Below are positions 1-11,761 of a DNA stretch of 64,000 nucleotides, one piece after another. The notes below the pieces were generated by a model. The model was not told the DNA's origin. It searched no databases and saw only the letters and a program-made list of their open reading frames with translations. Source of the stretch: Laetmonice hystrix. Taxonomy: Eukaryota. Positions within the stretch are counted from its first letter, which is position 1. Every line of letters begins with the position of its first letter. A program made the position numbers and the translations under genes. The stretch is from positions 32,428,001-32,492,000 of the forward strand of contig OZ249440.1 in assembly GCA_965235115.1 (NCBI GenBank). Direction: 5' to 3'.

Positions 1-382
1 CGCTGCGCCGTAAGGGACATGATTTGGTGCAGTGGAAGAGCAAGAAGCAGGGCCTCTCCTGAGAAGATGGAACTTTGCCCTGGGATGCGGGTGCCGAAGT
101 TGTGCTTACCATGAACTCCTGCTGCAGACACATCATTCCCATCCTTTGAGCCGTCAGTATAGAAGGCATAATATAAGGGATACTTTGCCTGGGCGTCAAG
201 AAAATGTTCAAAATATGTCAACGAATGAGTCTCTGACTTCTTCAGTTGAGCCAATGACGTCAGACTTTTCCAGGTCCCAAGGAGGAATGTTGCAAAAATG
301 TGTCTGCCACGTTCAGTTCAACATCCAGTTCCTCTAGATGAGGTACAAAAGGACGTATACGTTTCCGGTTCCTAGGCATCTG
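1..382 (-). mobile_element. Fragment of I/Nimb-clade LINE (RNase H region), left part of a copy split by the Harbinger insertion
   Basis: Reverse complement resembles 21670-22030 (e.g. tatgccttctatactgacggctcaaagga, YAFYTDGSK). It ends in aggcatctg, which continues as gatttgag at 12143, as in the intact LINE (rc of 21291-21308). Confidence 0.85.
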
Positions 383-601
383 GGGCCTGTAACTCGAAGC
401 AATACTAACGCACAACTAACTTTACGACAATACTTGCGCGCAACTAGTAAACTAGTAGTGTAACACGAAGCACAACTAAAATTTACGTTCAACTAACGCA
501 ATACTAAATCTGGCACTTCTTACCAATATTTAGTTGCACGTTTGAGCACACGTAGCGCATTACTAAGAACGGTAACAGATAGAGCTGTTGTGTCGTCTGC
601 T

Positions 602-1666
602 ATGGCGTTGTACGTACACCTGAGGCAGAATGACCGGAGGCAGAGGCAACCGAATGTCGGAAGAATATTCCGAGACCGAACTAATCCCTTAGACACTTTA
701 AGTGATGAACAGATAAGACAACGTTATCGGCTGGAGCAGCCTCAGATATTCGAGCTCTGCGACAATCTGCAAGATCAGCTTAAACGGGACACTCATCGGT
801 CACGGTCGTTACCCGTAGCAATGCAAGTAATGGTCGCACTAAGGTACTTTGCCACAGGGAATTTTTTGGCTGTAAATGGTGATGTTCATGGCCTTAGTAA
901 GATGTCCACCTCACGCTGTATCCATGGTGTATCTGCAGCTCTTTGCGAGCACAGTAACCGATATATTCACTTCCCGCACACTGTAGCCGAGCAGCGCGAC
1001 ATTAAGGCAGGTTTCTATGAAATGGCTCAATTCCCCAATGTGCTTGGGTGCATTGACGGTACTCTGATACCCATACGTGGTCCCAGCACTGACGAACATC
1101 TCTATGTATGCAGAAAAAACTATCACGCTTTGAATATCCAAATAGTAAATGATGACAAGTTACGGTTCACCAACATCGTTGTAAAATGGCCAGGAAGTAC
1201 CCACGACTCTTTCGTGTGGAATAACTGTGCATTAAAAGAGAAATTTGAGGAAGGAAACTTAACCAATGGCTGGTTGCTAGGTGACAGTGGGTACGCGTGT
1301 TCACCCTACATGATGACCCCAGTGATGAATCCTCGAACTGCATCTGATTGCCGGTACAACGTCAGTCAAAGCAAGACGAGAAACTCGAGTGAGCGATCAA
1401 TCGGGGTATGGAAAAGCCGTTTTCTGTGCCTGCATAAGTATGGGGGCTGTATGATGTTTGCTCCACCCAGATGTATTAAGATCATTTTAGCTACATCCAT
1501 CTTGCACAATATTTGTCAAGAAAATAATATCCCATTAGATGAGGTTCAGGATGAAGAAGATGCACACCACGGCGACGATGAAGCCAATGAAGAGATACCT
1601 CCGCTGGCCCTTGGAAACGGACTCCAAGTCAGGGCAGCATTGATTCGAGACGTGTTCAATGAATAA
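602..1666 (+). CDS. Harbinger DDE transposase (HARBI1-like, DDE_Tnp_4 type), apparently intact
   Basis: Motifs LRYFATG, FPNVLGCIDGT, RKNYHALNIQ, WPGSTHDS, LLGDSGY, ERSIGVWKSRF, LHN. First ATG at 602; uninterrupted ORF of about 354 aa. Confidence 0.95.
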   Translation: MALYVHLRQNDRRQRQPNVGRIFRDRTNPLDTLSDEQIRQRYRLEQPQIFELCDNLQDQLKRDTHRSRSLPVAMQVMVALRYFATGNFLAVNGDVHGLSKMSTSRCIHGVSAALCEHSNRYIHFPHTVAEQRDIKAGFYEMAQFPNVLGCIDGTLIPIRGPSTDEHLYVCRKNYHALNIQIVNDDKLRFTNIVVKWPGSTHDSFVWNNCALKEKFEEGNLTNGWLLGDSGYACSPYMMTPVMNPRTASDCRYNVSQSKTRNSSERSIGVWKSRFLCLHKYGGCMMFAPPRCIKIILATSILHNICQENNIPLDEVQDEEDAHHGDDEANEEIPPLALGNGLQVRAALIRDVFNE

Positions 1667-2085
1667 ATTCCTTTTGCTCCCAGTTCCATACATTTGAACA
1701 AAGAAGTTACTACTACTAGGCCCATAGACACTATATCGAAATGTGCACATTGAAAAAAGATTTTTTATCTCTCATACATAATGGTCCTTCTATGGAAAGT
1801 AAAAACATGTAACTCTTAATAAGAGTGTTATATTACAAGCCAACACGGATATAGAAACCATTCGTCAAATTTCTTATTAAAGGAACATACAGTCAGCTAG
1901 TTAATCCTGTTTGTATGTCGACTATGTCTGTGTGTATGTAGCCGATTTAATTGATTTTAAGTTCACATTGAAAGATTAACCTATAACTTTAAGTAACTTT
2001 AACTTTAAGTTGGGCTTGTATCAATATATTTTAAATGTGATAACTCTGCATTGCTGGGCAGTTGGTAATTAGGCCTACTCCGACC

Positions 2086-2307
2086 TCAAAGATTTCGGTA
2101 CACCATGCCATCACTGGCTGTCACTATCAAGTGCTCCTGGGATGGGTCACCCACGGCTGCTTGCCTTGCTCTAGGATGTTCCAGGGACAGCCGTATCCGC
2201 TCTAATTCCAGCCGTTCTTCCTCCACATACAAGCGCCTCTTCTCAATCGCAAGTCTCTCTTTTTCGACCCGTAATCTCTCCCTCTCTATCTCTATAATAA
2301 TGCTCTC
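2086..2307 (-). pseudogene. Harbinger Myb/SANT-like gene, last exon (charged coiled coil)
   Basis: Acceptor tcctttctcgcactaatcgacag|, phase 0, 74 codons: ESIIIEIERERLRVEKERLAIEKRRLYVEEERLELERIRL...YRNL*. Confidence 0.75.
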
Positions 2308-2482
2308 CTGTCGATTAGTGCGAGAAAGGATTTAATCGATTTAATTCAGAATAAATACATAAATTAGAGTCGATTCGATTTATGCAACACCAAGTTCACA
2401 ATATGTAATATTGTTTTTCATTTATTTTGTGGAAGTCAGTGGCAATGGAAAAATCTGTGTATTTGCTAGTGGCGGATTCGGA

Positions 2483-4070
2483 TGGGGGGGGGGGGCAACC
2501 GGCCCGCCCCCTATCTTTCAAACTCTTGCCTATTTTCTATGTTTCATGCATAAAAATAATGGAATTAATTTCGTTGAAAGGTTTGGGAGAAATTTCTATT
2601 CTACTACATAAAGTAGAGTCTACAAAAAGTATTGTGGAAAAATTATCTTTGATGTCGTAGTTATCACAACTCCCCCATAAAAATCTGAAAATTAAAGTGC
2701 CAAATTACGCGTTTTCCTGGCATCTGCTCGGGGAACAAAATCTAGGCCCTCTAACGGTCTGGCCATCTCCTGCAACCTTTGGGGCCGTCCATTAAGTACG
2801 CACCAAATCGTGGTAAAAATGACCCCCCCCCCCCTGTACGCATGGCATACGCAGTGGTGCATCCCCCCTTGTACGCATATATTCCGATATGTGTTTTAAT
2901 TTCTGTACTCCCCCCCCAAAAACAAAACAACAAAAAACAAAAAACAAAAACAAAAAACTAATGTTATTTATTTTTTCTGAAAGTCTCCTCATTATGTTCA
3001 GACCTGTGACTGTGTCATTTGTGGCGACTGGTTGCGACATTGCCGTTTAGTCCACTTGAAGGGGATCAGGGATTGCCTATAGGCCCTACGTGAAATTGTG
3101 GAAGGAGGCATTGGTAGATAATTATTTACTCAATTAACGAATTATAAAAAGTCACCACTCCGCATGGCCAATGGCCATGGGTCTAACCCCCCCCCCACCC
3201 CTACTGTGTACGCAATGCCAAGACCCCCCCCCTTGGTGCGTACGTACTTAATGGACGGCCCCCTTGACTTGAGCTGGGGGGGGGGGCAACCGGCCCGCCC
3301 CCTATCTTTCAAACTCTTGCCTATTTTCTATGTTTTATGCATAAAAATAATGGAATTAATTTCGTTGAAAGGTTTGGGAGAAATTTCTATTCTACTACAT
3401 AAAGTAGAGTCTACAAAAAGTATTGTGGAAAAATTATCTTTGATGTCGTAGTTATCACAACTCCCCCATAAAAATCTGAAAATTAAAGTGCCAAATTACG
3501 CGTTTTCCTGGCATCTGCTCGGGGAACAAAATCTAGGCCCTCTAACGGTCTGGCCATCTCCTGCAACCTTTGGGGCCGTCCATTAAGTACGCACCAAATC
3601 GTGGTAAAAATGACCCCCCCCCTGTACGCATGGCATACGCAGTGGTGCATCCCCCCTTGTACGCATATATTCCGATATGTGTTTTAATTTCTGTACTCCC
3701 CCCCAAAAAAAACAAAACAAAAAAAAACAAAAAACAAAAACAAAAAACTAATGTTATTTATTTTTTCTGAAAGTCTCCTCATTATGTTCAGACCTGTGAC
3801 TGTGTCATTTGTGGCGACTGGTTGCGACATTGCCGTTTAGTCCACTTGAAGGGGATCAGGGATTGCCTATAGGCCCTACGTGAAATTGTGGAAGGAGGCA
3901 TTGGTAGATAATTATTTACTCAATTAACGAATTATAAAAAGTCACCACTCCGCATGGCCAATGGCCATGGGTCTAACCCCCCCCCCACCCCTACTGTGTA
4001 CGCAATGCCAAGACCCCCCCCTTGGTGCGTACGTACTTAATGGACGGCCCCCTTGACTTGAGCTGGGGGG
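2483..4070. repeat. Near-perfect tandem duplication (about 790 bp x2) in the Myb gene intron; each unit contains a MITE with GGGGCCGTCCATTAAGTACG TIRs (about 2781-3262 and 3572-4051)
   Basis: The two units differ mainly in homopolymer lengths; junctions lie in poly-G runs. Confidence 0.9.
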
Positions 4071-4184
4071 GCTTGCCCCCCCCAGCTTTTAAGCTGAGGG
4101 GACAACAGCCCCCCTGCCCCCCCCCCGGTTCCGGCGCCTATGGCTATGCATGACTATGTAAATTTGTCCATAGCATAGGCCTAC

Positions 4185-4485
4185 CTCTGACGCAATTTCC
4201 TCTGTGCTACTGCGTTTCCTTCTACCCTGACTGGTGCTGGGCCTTGTGGTCAGTGGGGTGCTAGGCTGGGATGGCGATGGGGTTGCTCTGGCTTGGTGAG
4301 ACTTGGCGGTCTCCGTACTTGTCGAAGACGAAGGGCCCTCCACGGCAGGCTCGATGAGCTGCTCCTTGTCCCCTGCGCCGGCCTCGTCCAATGCCGGGGA
4401 AGCGGAGGCATGAGCCTCGGGAGCGTCAGGCAGTGACTCGGTGTCAAGTGCGCCCTGTACACCCTCTACGGCCGTGTTCCCTATG
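4185..4485 (-). pseudogene. Harbinger Myb/SANT-like gene, exon 1 3' part
   Basis: Removing 4486-11408 and one TSD joins AISI|IGNTAVEGVQGALDTE...RRKRSSTEEIASE in frame. Donor GAG|GTAGGC at 4185/4184. Confidence 0.8.
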
Positions 4486-7086
4486 TAGTCGGAGCCCCAG
4501 ACCCCAAAAATGGCATTTTTTCGACACGGAATGGTAGAAAATTTCCAATGGTACTAGATCAAAGAGAAACCCATGGGGGTTTATGCATCAGGGTTAAAAA
4601 GGTCCAGATGTGTTGCCGTTGCCATGGAAACGGTTTAGAACTTGGTTTTGGGCCAAAAGTTACTAAATTCACTTTTTATTAAATAATTCTGGAACAAAGA
4701 TTTACATTTTAACCAAACCTTGTAAGATGCTGGTTAGAGAAATGCTCCTTCAAAATGTTCTTGCTTTTGACCTTTGACCCCAAGGTCAAGGTCACCGGAA
4801 CTCAAAGAATGGCTAAAAATGGGGTATTTTAAACATATGACTTAGGACAGTTTCAAAATGAGATAAAAAAAAATGACAGAGACTATTTTGGTGTATGCCA
4901 TTGGAAAGAGGAGACGATTCTGCTTTAGTGTACCAAATATTTTCCAGATCTGTGCATATTTACCTCTGTTACCAGTTGTTTCATTACATAGCTGCATAGT
5001 GCCCATGTCATCATTATGCCTATATCGTCCAGGTTTTGCATGGATCTAGTGTGGAGGGTAAGTCCACTCAGACCAAAGAATCGTTCATTTTGTGATAAAG
5101 TCATGAAATTTGGCATGTGTATGTATACATTAACATGTCCTTAAAAAACCTAGACCAATTGGCAACAACAAAAATAAAATGGGGGCTGTTTTGGGTTCCT
5201 GTTGCCTAGCAACAGTAGCATGCTTAGCAACCAGCTTTTTATATGGCTCCATGGAGAAAAGAAAACACTTATCTTGACTAAAGTGATATTAGGGATTCCT
5301 GTGGTCACATCAGTCATTTCGTAATACCAGCCCGTTGCCTAGCAACAGACATTAATATTAAAATTTCCTTAGCAACGGGCTGCTCCAACCTAATATATAT
5401 AGATTTAAGAAGAAAAACCAGCACAAATCAGTGTCCAGCATTTCATTGCTTATATATCTAGTCAGGTAGAATGTTACTGTTGCCTAGCAATAGAGTATGA
5501 TGCCCCACCTGAGATTTTTAGCCCCCACAACGGGGGGCTTATAATTCGCCCTCTGTCCGTCCGTACGTACGTACGTACATGTGTACATGTACGTGTCCGT
5601 AGACAGCGATTTCTCAGAAGTGTATAGGTCGATTATTTTGAAACTTCAGACAATGATCGGGGATGATCTGAGTATGATGCACGTCAAAGAGATCTTTTAT
5701 ATTATTCACATTTACATCATTTACATCCAAGATGGCCGCCTGCTTGGATGTAAACACATTTTGAGTAATAACTCAGCCAAAACAATCACGATTTCTTTCA
5801 AACCTGGTGCAGGGTGGACGCATAATCATGGCCAATAATGCATCGCAATGTAATCTCAATTCAGATCCAAAATGGCCACATATGGCCATATTTGTTTCTT
5901 GACCCCACAATGACACTGTTTTGGCTTATATCTCGACAACAGTGCAAGATGACACAATAGTTACTATTATTGATACATAGGAAGTCATATATGAAGTTTC
6001 ATTTGGCGCCATTTTCCATGACCTTGAGTGACCTTGAAAGGTCAATCAAGGTCATGCATATTTTTAATAGCCTGGATCTTCAAAGCAGTTGAAGATAACG
6101 ACATAATCTTGCATGAAACATTACATAATGATCAGGACGAGGCAGGTCAAAGATATTTTTGACATCAGTCAAAATGGCCGCGTGGTGGCCATTTTGGATA
6201 TAAACACATTTTGGAGTAATAACCCAGACAAAACGATTCTGGTTTATTTCAAATTTGATAGAAAGAAGGTGCATATGAGGGGCAATGTATATGCCAATGC
6301 ATTCCCAGATCAGAGCAAATATGGCAACATGGCGGCCATATTAATATTTTACCCCCCCCCCCCCCCTCCATAACACTGTTTTGGCTCATATCTCGCAAAC
6401 GGTGCAAGATAAGGCAATAGTGACATTATTGACAGATAGGAAGTCATATAGGAAGTTTCATTTGGCATCATTTTCCATGACCTTGAGCGACCTTGAAAGG
6501 TCAATCAAGGTCATGCATATTTAATGGCCTGTACCTCCAAACCAGTTGAAGATAACAACATGTAATCTTGCATGAAACATTACATAATAACCTGGGACAG
6601 TCTAAGGAGGACACAGGTCAAACATATCATTAAAAATGGCTGCTTGGTGGCCATCTTGGCTATAAAGAAATTCGAAGCAATAACTTTGACATTTTCTGGG
6701 TTTCGTTCTTGGTGACAGAAGGCATGAGGGGCAACAACCGTGTCAAAAGTATGCATAGTTCCTGGAGCAACAGATATTAGACCGTTTCCAAGTAACTTCC
6801 AAGACGCCCGGTTGTTGCTAGGTCTGTGAAGCGCACCCTAGCACCCTAGCGGTCTTACTGTGTGTGTCAGTTAGACTTATTGTCCAGATTAAGTACAGAT
6901 TTTGTTGGGTTTTGTGCATTCTGAGATACAATCTTAAGCCAAATGGATAAGTTCGATAAATGGACTCTCCCTGGGTTGAAAAAGTACCTACAGGAGCGTG
7001 GAGTTGCCGTCACAGTGCACAAGAACTTGAAAAAGGGAACTTTAGTTTCTCTTTGCAAGAGTTTTTCAGAACAGAACTTGGACGTG

Positions 7087-7172
7087 CATGGCCGTGCCCA
7101 AGGGGGGTTTTGGGTGTCTGTAACCCCCCTGGGGCACGCCCCCCCCCGCACCAATCTCTGGGCACGGGCCTG
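7087..7172. mobile_element. 86-bp MITE with 5-bp TSD
   Basis: TIRs CATGGCCGTGCCCA / TGGGCACGGGCCTG; TSD ACGTG. Removing it restores the frame LDVDPDF. Related GC-rich CA...TG MITEs at about 23400-23521 and 42686-42999. Confidence 0.8.
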
Positions 7173-7587
7173 ACGTGGATCCAGACTTCAGTACTTCCAA
7201 TGTGGCTGATGAGATATCCAAAAGGTTGAGTTCACTGGGGATCAAGGTGATTTGTTTACTCTACAAGGATTCAGGGATTCACGGATGACCTCAGCAGTGC
7301 GCCACTACTTACAGTTCGTGATATTTTTAAATTATCTGATCTGCAGTCTGGCTGATCACTATGATGGAGATAACTTGAATGCCTATCAAAAGAGCTTCGG
7401 TGATCGCTGTCTGACAGTTGATGGGCACGTTTGCGGACTAGAGTAATGGTACTTATTCATGGTATTTAAAGAAAATAACAGATGAATCAGAGAAACTCTA
7501 TCCTAGTTGCATTCAGATATCCCAGTCATGCTTGATGTCTACAGGGGAGACAGATAAACCCAGAGAGGTATTGAAAGCAGACCTTAA

Positions 7588-7846
7588 AGGCCTGTACCTT
7601 TTTCTTGTACCCACTAGCGCGTTTTACCGCTGCGGTCCACGCTGAGCGACAACACGCGCTAGTGGGTTCAGGCCTTTAGCTGTTATTGTTGTATTCATCG
7701 TGATACAATTCGGACTCCCACGTAATTCGGAAATGTTCACATATCTCCTGAAGGCGGTGGTGCTTGCCGTAAGGCCTGAACCCACTAGCGCGTTTTGTCG
7801 CTCAGCATGGACCGCAGCGGTAAAACGCGCTAGTGGGTACAGGCCT
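7588..7846. mobile_element. Harbinger-like palindromic MITE built from two inverted mini-palindromes
   Basis: AGGCCTGTACC...GGGTACAGGCCT termini, flanks TAA/TTA, internal CCCACTAGCGCG repeats. Confidence 0.65.
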
Positions 7847-10800
7847 TTAAAGTTATAACAACACTTCGTTCTGTTGAGACAGGGTGTGGCGTCTACATAG
7901 TTGTTGTTGTTGTTAAAAGAACGTTACTGTTTGGTTATTAATAAAATGAGCCCCCTGAGCTAAACAATGCGGGGAGGTGTGAACCCTACAAAGAGGAGGG
8001 TCGGGTGCGTGCATGACTTGTTAAGTGTGGCGCACACAATGACACATTGAGATGTGTCACAAGACTGACTCAACACAGCGAACAGTCCCAGGACAGAGAA
8101 AAATCCTTCCTTTGGAGGGTATTCTGTTATTATTTATTTCTTGCCGTGGCCGCTTTTCTTGTGGCCCCACATATCGTAGGCCTACTGTTGCAAAGTCCCC
8201 ACGAACACGTTGGCATGTTCTGCTATTGTCGCCCGCTGTTTGTCTCATACATTGGACAAAACGTGGCAATTTTCTCCTCGGCTGTATACAAACCACTGTT
8301 CTAACAAATTGTACGTGTTCCTAGAGTAATCCTTGACCTGTTGGTGATAGTGGTTGTGTTTTATACAGAAGCTACCTTGTACAATTTTAAGGCTGTCCGT
8401 GCCGTAGCGTGTAATGCTAGTTAATGGGCATAGGCTGCTGGCTTCACAGACCTCGGCTGGTTGCTAGGCGTTGCTGGGGACGGCGGCCATTCTTGGAAAT
8501 AGTCTAATCCCTACTCAGTTGGTGGCCTGTGACTCTGACGGGGTTTGGTGAATTTACTAACGTTAGTTAAAATTACAGAAAACCATGAATTTCCATGAAT
8601 TTAACTAACTTCTAAAGCATCAACGTCAAGCATATTTGCAATTGCCTGTATCTACAAAACTGTACATAACTGCATAGTTACTAAGATGCAGACAAAGTAC
8701 ATACTATTCGCGCTGGATAACATACGAAGTTTCATTTGACAATATTATCTTTGCCCTTCAAAGATCAATTGAAGTCGTGCATCGTTTCTTCAAGAATCCC
8801 TTGTTCTTGGTGGGGGCTATAAGCTTCACAAGCTTGTTTAGATGGTGGACATCAAGCTAAGTCGTCTCTTTGAGTGGAGCTTCTGGGGAGGACTTAAGGT
8901 GGGGCAGACAACCAAACCAATTGTACAGCTCATAATAAACACATATTTTGCTTAGTGCAACCTAGGGACCATCATCTTGCTGGTTTAGGATCATGTTGCT
9001 TAGCAATATTATGCTTAGCAACCAGTTTCATATGGTCCCAGGGTCCCTACCCCCCCTCCCAAATCAGAGATTAACATGGTAACATCAGTTATTTCGTAGC
9101 ACTAGCCTGTTGCCTAGCAACATATATGCAGTCTGAAATTCCCTTAGCAACGGTCTGCTCTAACCTCACCAGCAGGGTGCCAAGTGCTCCTAAAATTCGT
9201 AAAATTCCTAAAAGAATTTTGCTCAGCCCTCAAAATTCCTAATCTGAGCCATTTTTTCCTAAATTTTATCTGCTTCAAATGGGTGTCCAACCACAAACGT
9301 GAGCGCCATTCAAAGTTGACGTGCAACAGAGCCATGCCTTTAGACCTAGCATCAGGTCAGAATGGCATAGTGCTTTGATGGTCAGTTCATGGAAGGTATT
9401 GTGAACGTCAACTTTGCTGATGGTCGTTTAATGACTGTAAGTATCCTTTATAGTCTGTTCCAGAGGGGTCAGGTAAGACTGGATGTCTCAGCTGAGCTTC
9501 ATTTTACACGTTCGAGTATCCCAGACCTGCCAACTGCTAGGCATTTGGCGTATTTGGTATGCATTTGACACTCCAACTACGCTGCTACGCTCAGTCCTTC
9601 ATATCCTACACAAAAAACCTCTAGAGATGGCTACTTACGGTAAAAATCACCTTTTCACCTATGTTAGGCATCACTTTCTGCTCAAAATACATCTGAAATA
9701 ACCCTTAATTTCATTTTTTTTCGGGGGTGGCTTCCCATATCCCCCAGCAGAAGGGGGATATCCCCCCTCCTGTACCTAACCCTGCATCCTGGCACGCGGC
9801 ACGTGCCCTGACTGTGCCACTTTGGGGCATGGGGCTGAATGTTGCTACGCAAAAAAATGGTAATGTTGGCGGGTCTGGTAACCTACTGAATTCATATAAA
9901 TTCTCCAGATATTTTGTAAAGTAAAGAAGTAAGAGTCAGGTGGAGTATATAGGTTCCTAATCACTACACGCAGGCATATATTTAGGTGACTAATGACTAC
10001 AGTCAGGTAAGGTCCTAATCACTAGTCAGGTGGGGTATATAGTGGCCTAATCACTACAGCCTATTAGGTTAGAGCAGACCGTTGCTAAGGAAATTTCAGA
10101 CTGCATATCTATTTCTAGGCAACAGGCTAGTGCTACAAAATAACTGATGTTACCATGTTAATCTCTGATTTGGGGGGGGGGGGTAGGTGCCATTGTTTTT
10201 TCTTCCTGGGACCATATGAAACTGGTTGCTAAGCATACTACTGTTGCTAATCAACATGATCCTAAATCAGCCATTGGTTTATTATGAGCTGTACAATTGG
10301 TTTGGTTGTCTGCCCCACCTTAAGTCCACCCCAAAAGCTCCACTTAAAGAGACGGCTTAGCTTGATGTCCACCATCTAAAAAATCCCAGCTGCAGCTTCA
10401 TACTCTATTGCTAGGCAAAAGTAACATTCTACCTGACTATATATACAATGAAATGTTGCACACTGATTTGTGCTGGTTTTTCTTCTTAAATCTATATATA
10501 TTAGGTTGGAGCAGCCCGTTGCTAAGGAAATTTTAATATTAATGTCTGTTGCTAGGCAACGGGCTGGTATTACGAAATGACTGATGTGACCACAGGAATC
10601 CCTAATATCACTTTAGTCAAGATAAGTGTTTTCTTTTCTCCATGGAGCCATATAAAAAGCTGGTTGCTAAGCATGCTACTGTTGCTAGGCAACAGGAACC
10701 CAAAACAGCCCCCATTTTATTTTTTTTGTTGCCAATTGGTCTAGGTTTTTTAAGGACATGTTAATGTATACATACACATGCCAAATTTCATGACTTTATC

Positions 10801-11408
10801 ACAAAATGAACGATTCTTTGGTCTGAGTGGACTTACCCTCCACACTAGATCCATGCAAAACCTGGACGATATAGGCATAATGATGACATGGGCACTATGC
10901 AGCTATGTAATGAAACAACTGGTAACAGAGGTAAATATGCACAGATCTGGAAAATATTTGGTACACTAAAGCAGAATCGTCTCCTCTTTCCAATGGCATA
11001 CACCAAAATAGTCTCTGTCATTTTTTTTTATCTCATTTTGAAACTGTCCTAAGTCATATGTTTAAAATACCCCATTTTTAGCCATTCTTTGAGTTCCGGT
11101 GACCTTGACCTTGGGGTCAAAGGTCAAAAGCAAGAACATTTTGAAGGAGCATTTCTCTAACCAGCATCTTACAAGGTTTGGTTAAAATGTAAATCTTTGT
11201 TCCAGAATTATTTAATAAAAAGTGAATTTAGTAACTTTTGGCCCAAAACCAAGTTCTAAACCGTTTCCATGGCAACGGCAACACATCTGGACCTTTTTAA
11301 CCCTGATGCATAAACCCCCATGGGTTTCTCTTTGATCTAGTACCATTGGAAATTTTCTACCATTCCGTGTCGAAAAAATGCCATTTTTGGGGTCTGGGGC
11401 TCCGACTA

Positions 11409-11761
11409 ATGATGCTAATGGCCATCTCCTCCAGCTGACTGAGAGGTTCGACATCTGCTTTACCGCCTCCTGTCTTGCAGGCCTCTCTGCGTCGCTTCGC
11501 TTCTTTGGCCTTTGAAGCCGATTTTATGTCCTGCCAGCGTTTTTTAATTTCAGGCAGGGTCCTTTTTCTTCCACTGCAGACACTGTTCACACGATCCCTT
11601 ATTTCACCCCATGCTTTATGCTTCTTCTGTAGACAAACTGTATCTGAAAATTTTGAAGTAAGAACCGACTTCTGGGTTTCTATAGCATTAAGAAGCACTT
11701 CAGTCTCCTCGTACGTGAAATTTGCTTTCCGTGGCCTTTTAGTACCTTCTGACTCTGCCAT
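11409..11761 (-). pseudogene. Harbinger Myb/SANT-like DNA-binding gene, exon 1 5' part (disrupted by Academ-like insertion)
   Basis: MAESEGTKRPRKANFTYEETEVLL...KAWGEI...RTLPEIKKRWQDIK...KTGGG is a Myb_DNA-bind_5/NAIF1-like domain. The frame is cut at the ATG TSD. Confidence 0.88.

Larger units (their letters stand above)
6778..8506 (+). mobile_element. Degenerate ISL2EU-like element with remnant of a SAP-domain (YqaJ-type ORF2) gene at 6943-7446
   Basis: TIRs TAGACCGTTTCCAAG / CTTGGAAATAGTCTA with AT flanks. Peptide WTLPGLKKYLQERGV...LVSLC...LDVDPDF...NYLI...AYQKSF...GHV resembles the recalled ISL2EU ORF2 N-terminus. Confidence 0.55.
5517..8838 (+). mobile_element. Helentron-associated element (HINE/DINE-1/pearl-like) inserted in the left Academ TIR
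   Basis: Inserted in a T-run. 5' subTIR TAGCCCCCAC with a nearby inverted copy, (GTCC/GTAC)n microsatellite 5555-5600, internal direct repeats of about 460 bp, 3' subTIR GTGGGGGCTA and hairpin AAGCTT-CAC-AAGCTT. Confidence 0.8.
4486..11408. mobile_element. Non-autonomous Academ-like DNA transposon with about 1.3 kb TIRs
   Basis: TAGTCGGAGCCCCAGACCCC...GGGGTCTGGGGCTCCGACTA termini; 3-bp TSD ATG (4483-4485, 11409-11411). Left TIR is 4486-5515 plus 8839-9166; right TIR is 10066-11408. Superfamily inferred from TAG termini, 3-bp TSD and long TIRs. Confidence 0.75.

Noticed and set aside
602..1666. Domesticated host HARBI1 gene
   Set aside because: It lies between TIRs with a target duplication and a partner Myb gene inside a LINE, so it is a transposon copy.
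4925..5116. Identical 63-aa ORFs at 4925 and 10778
   Set aside because: By-product of the identical TIRs; no recognisable domain.
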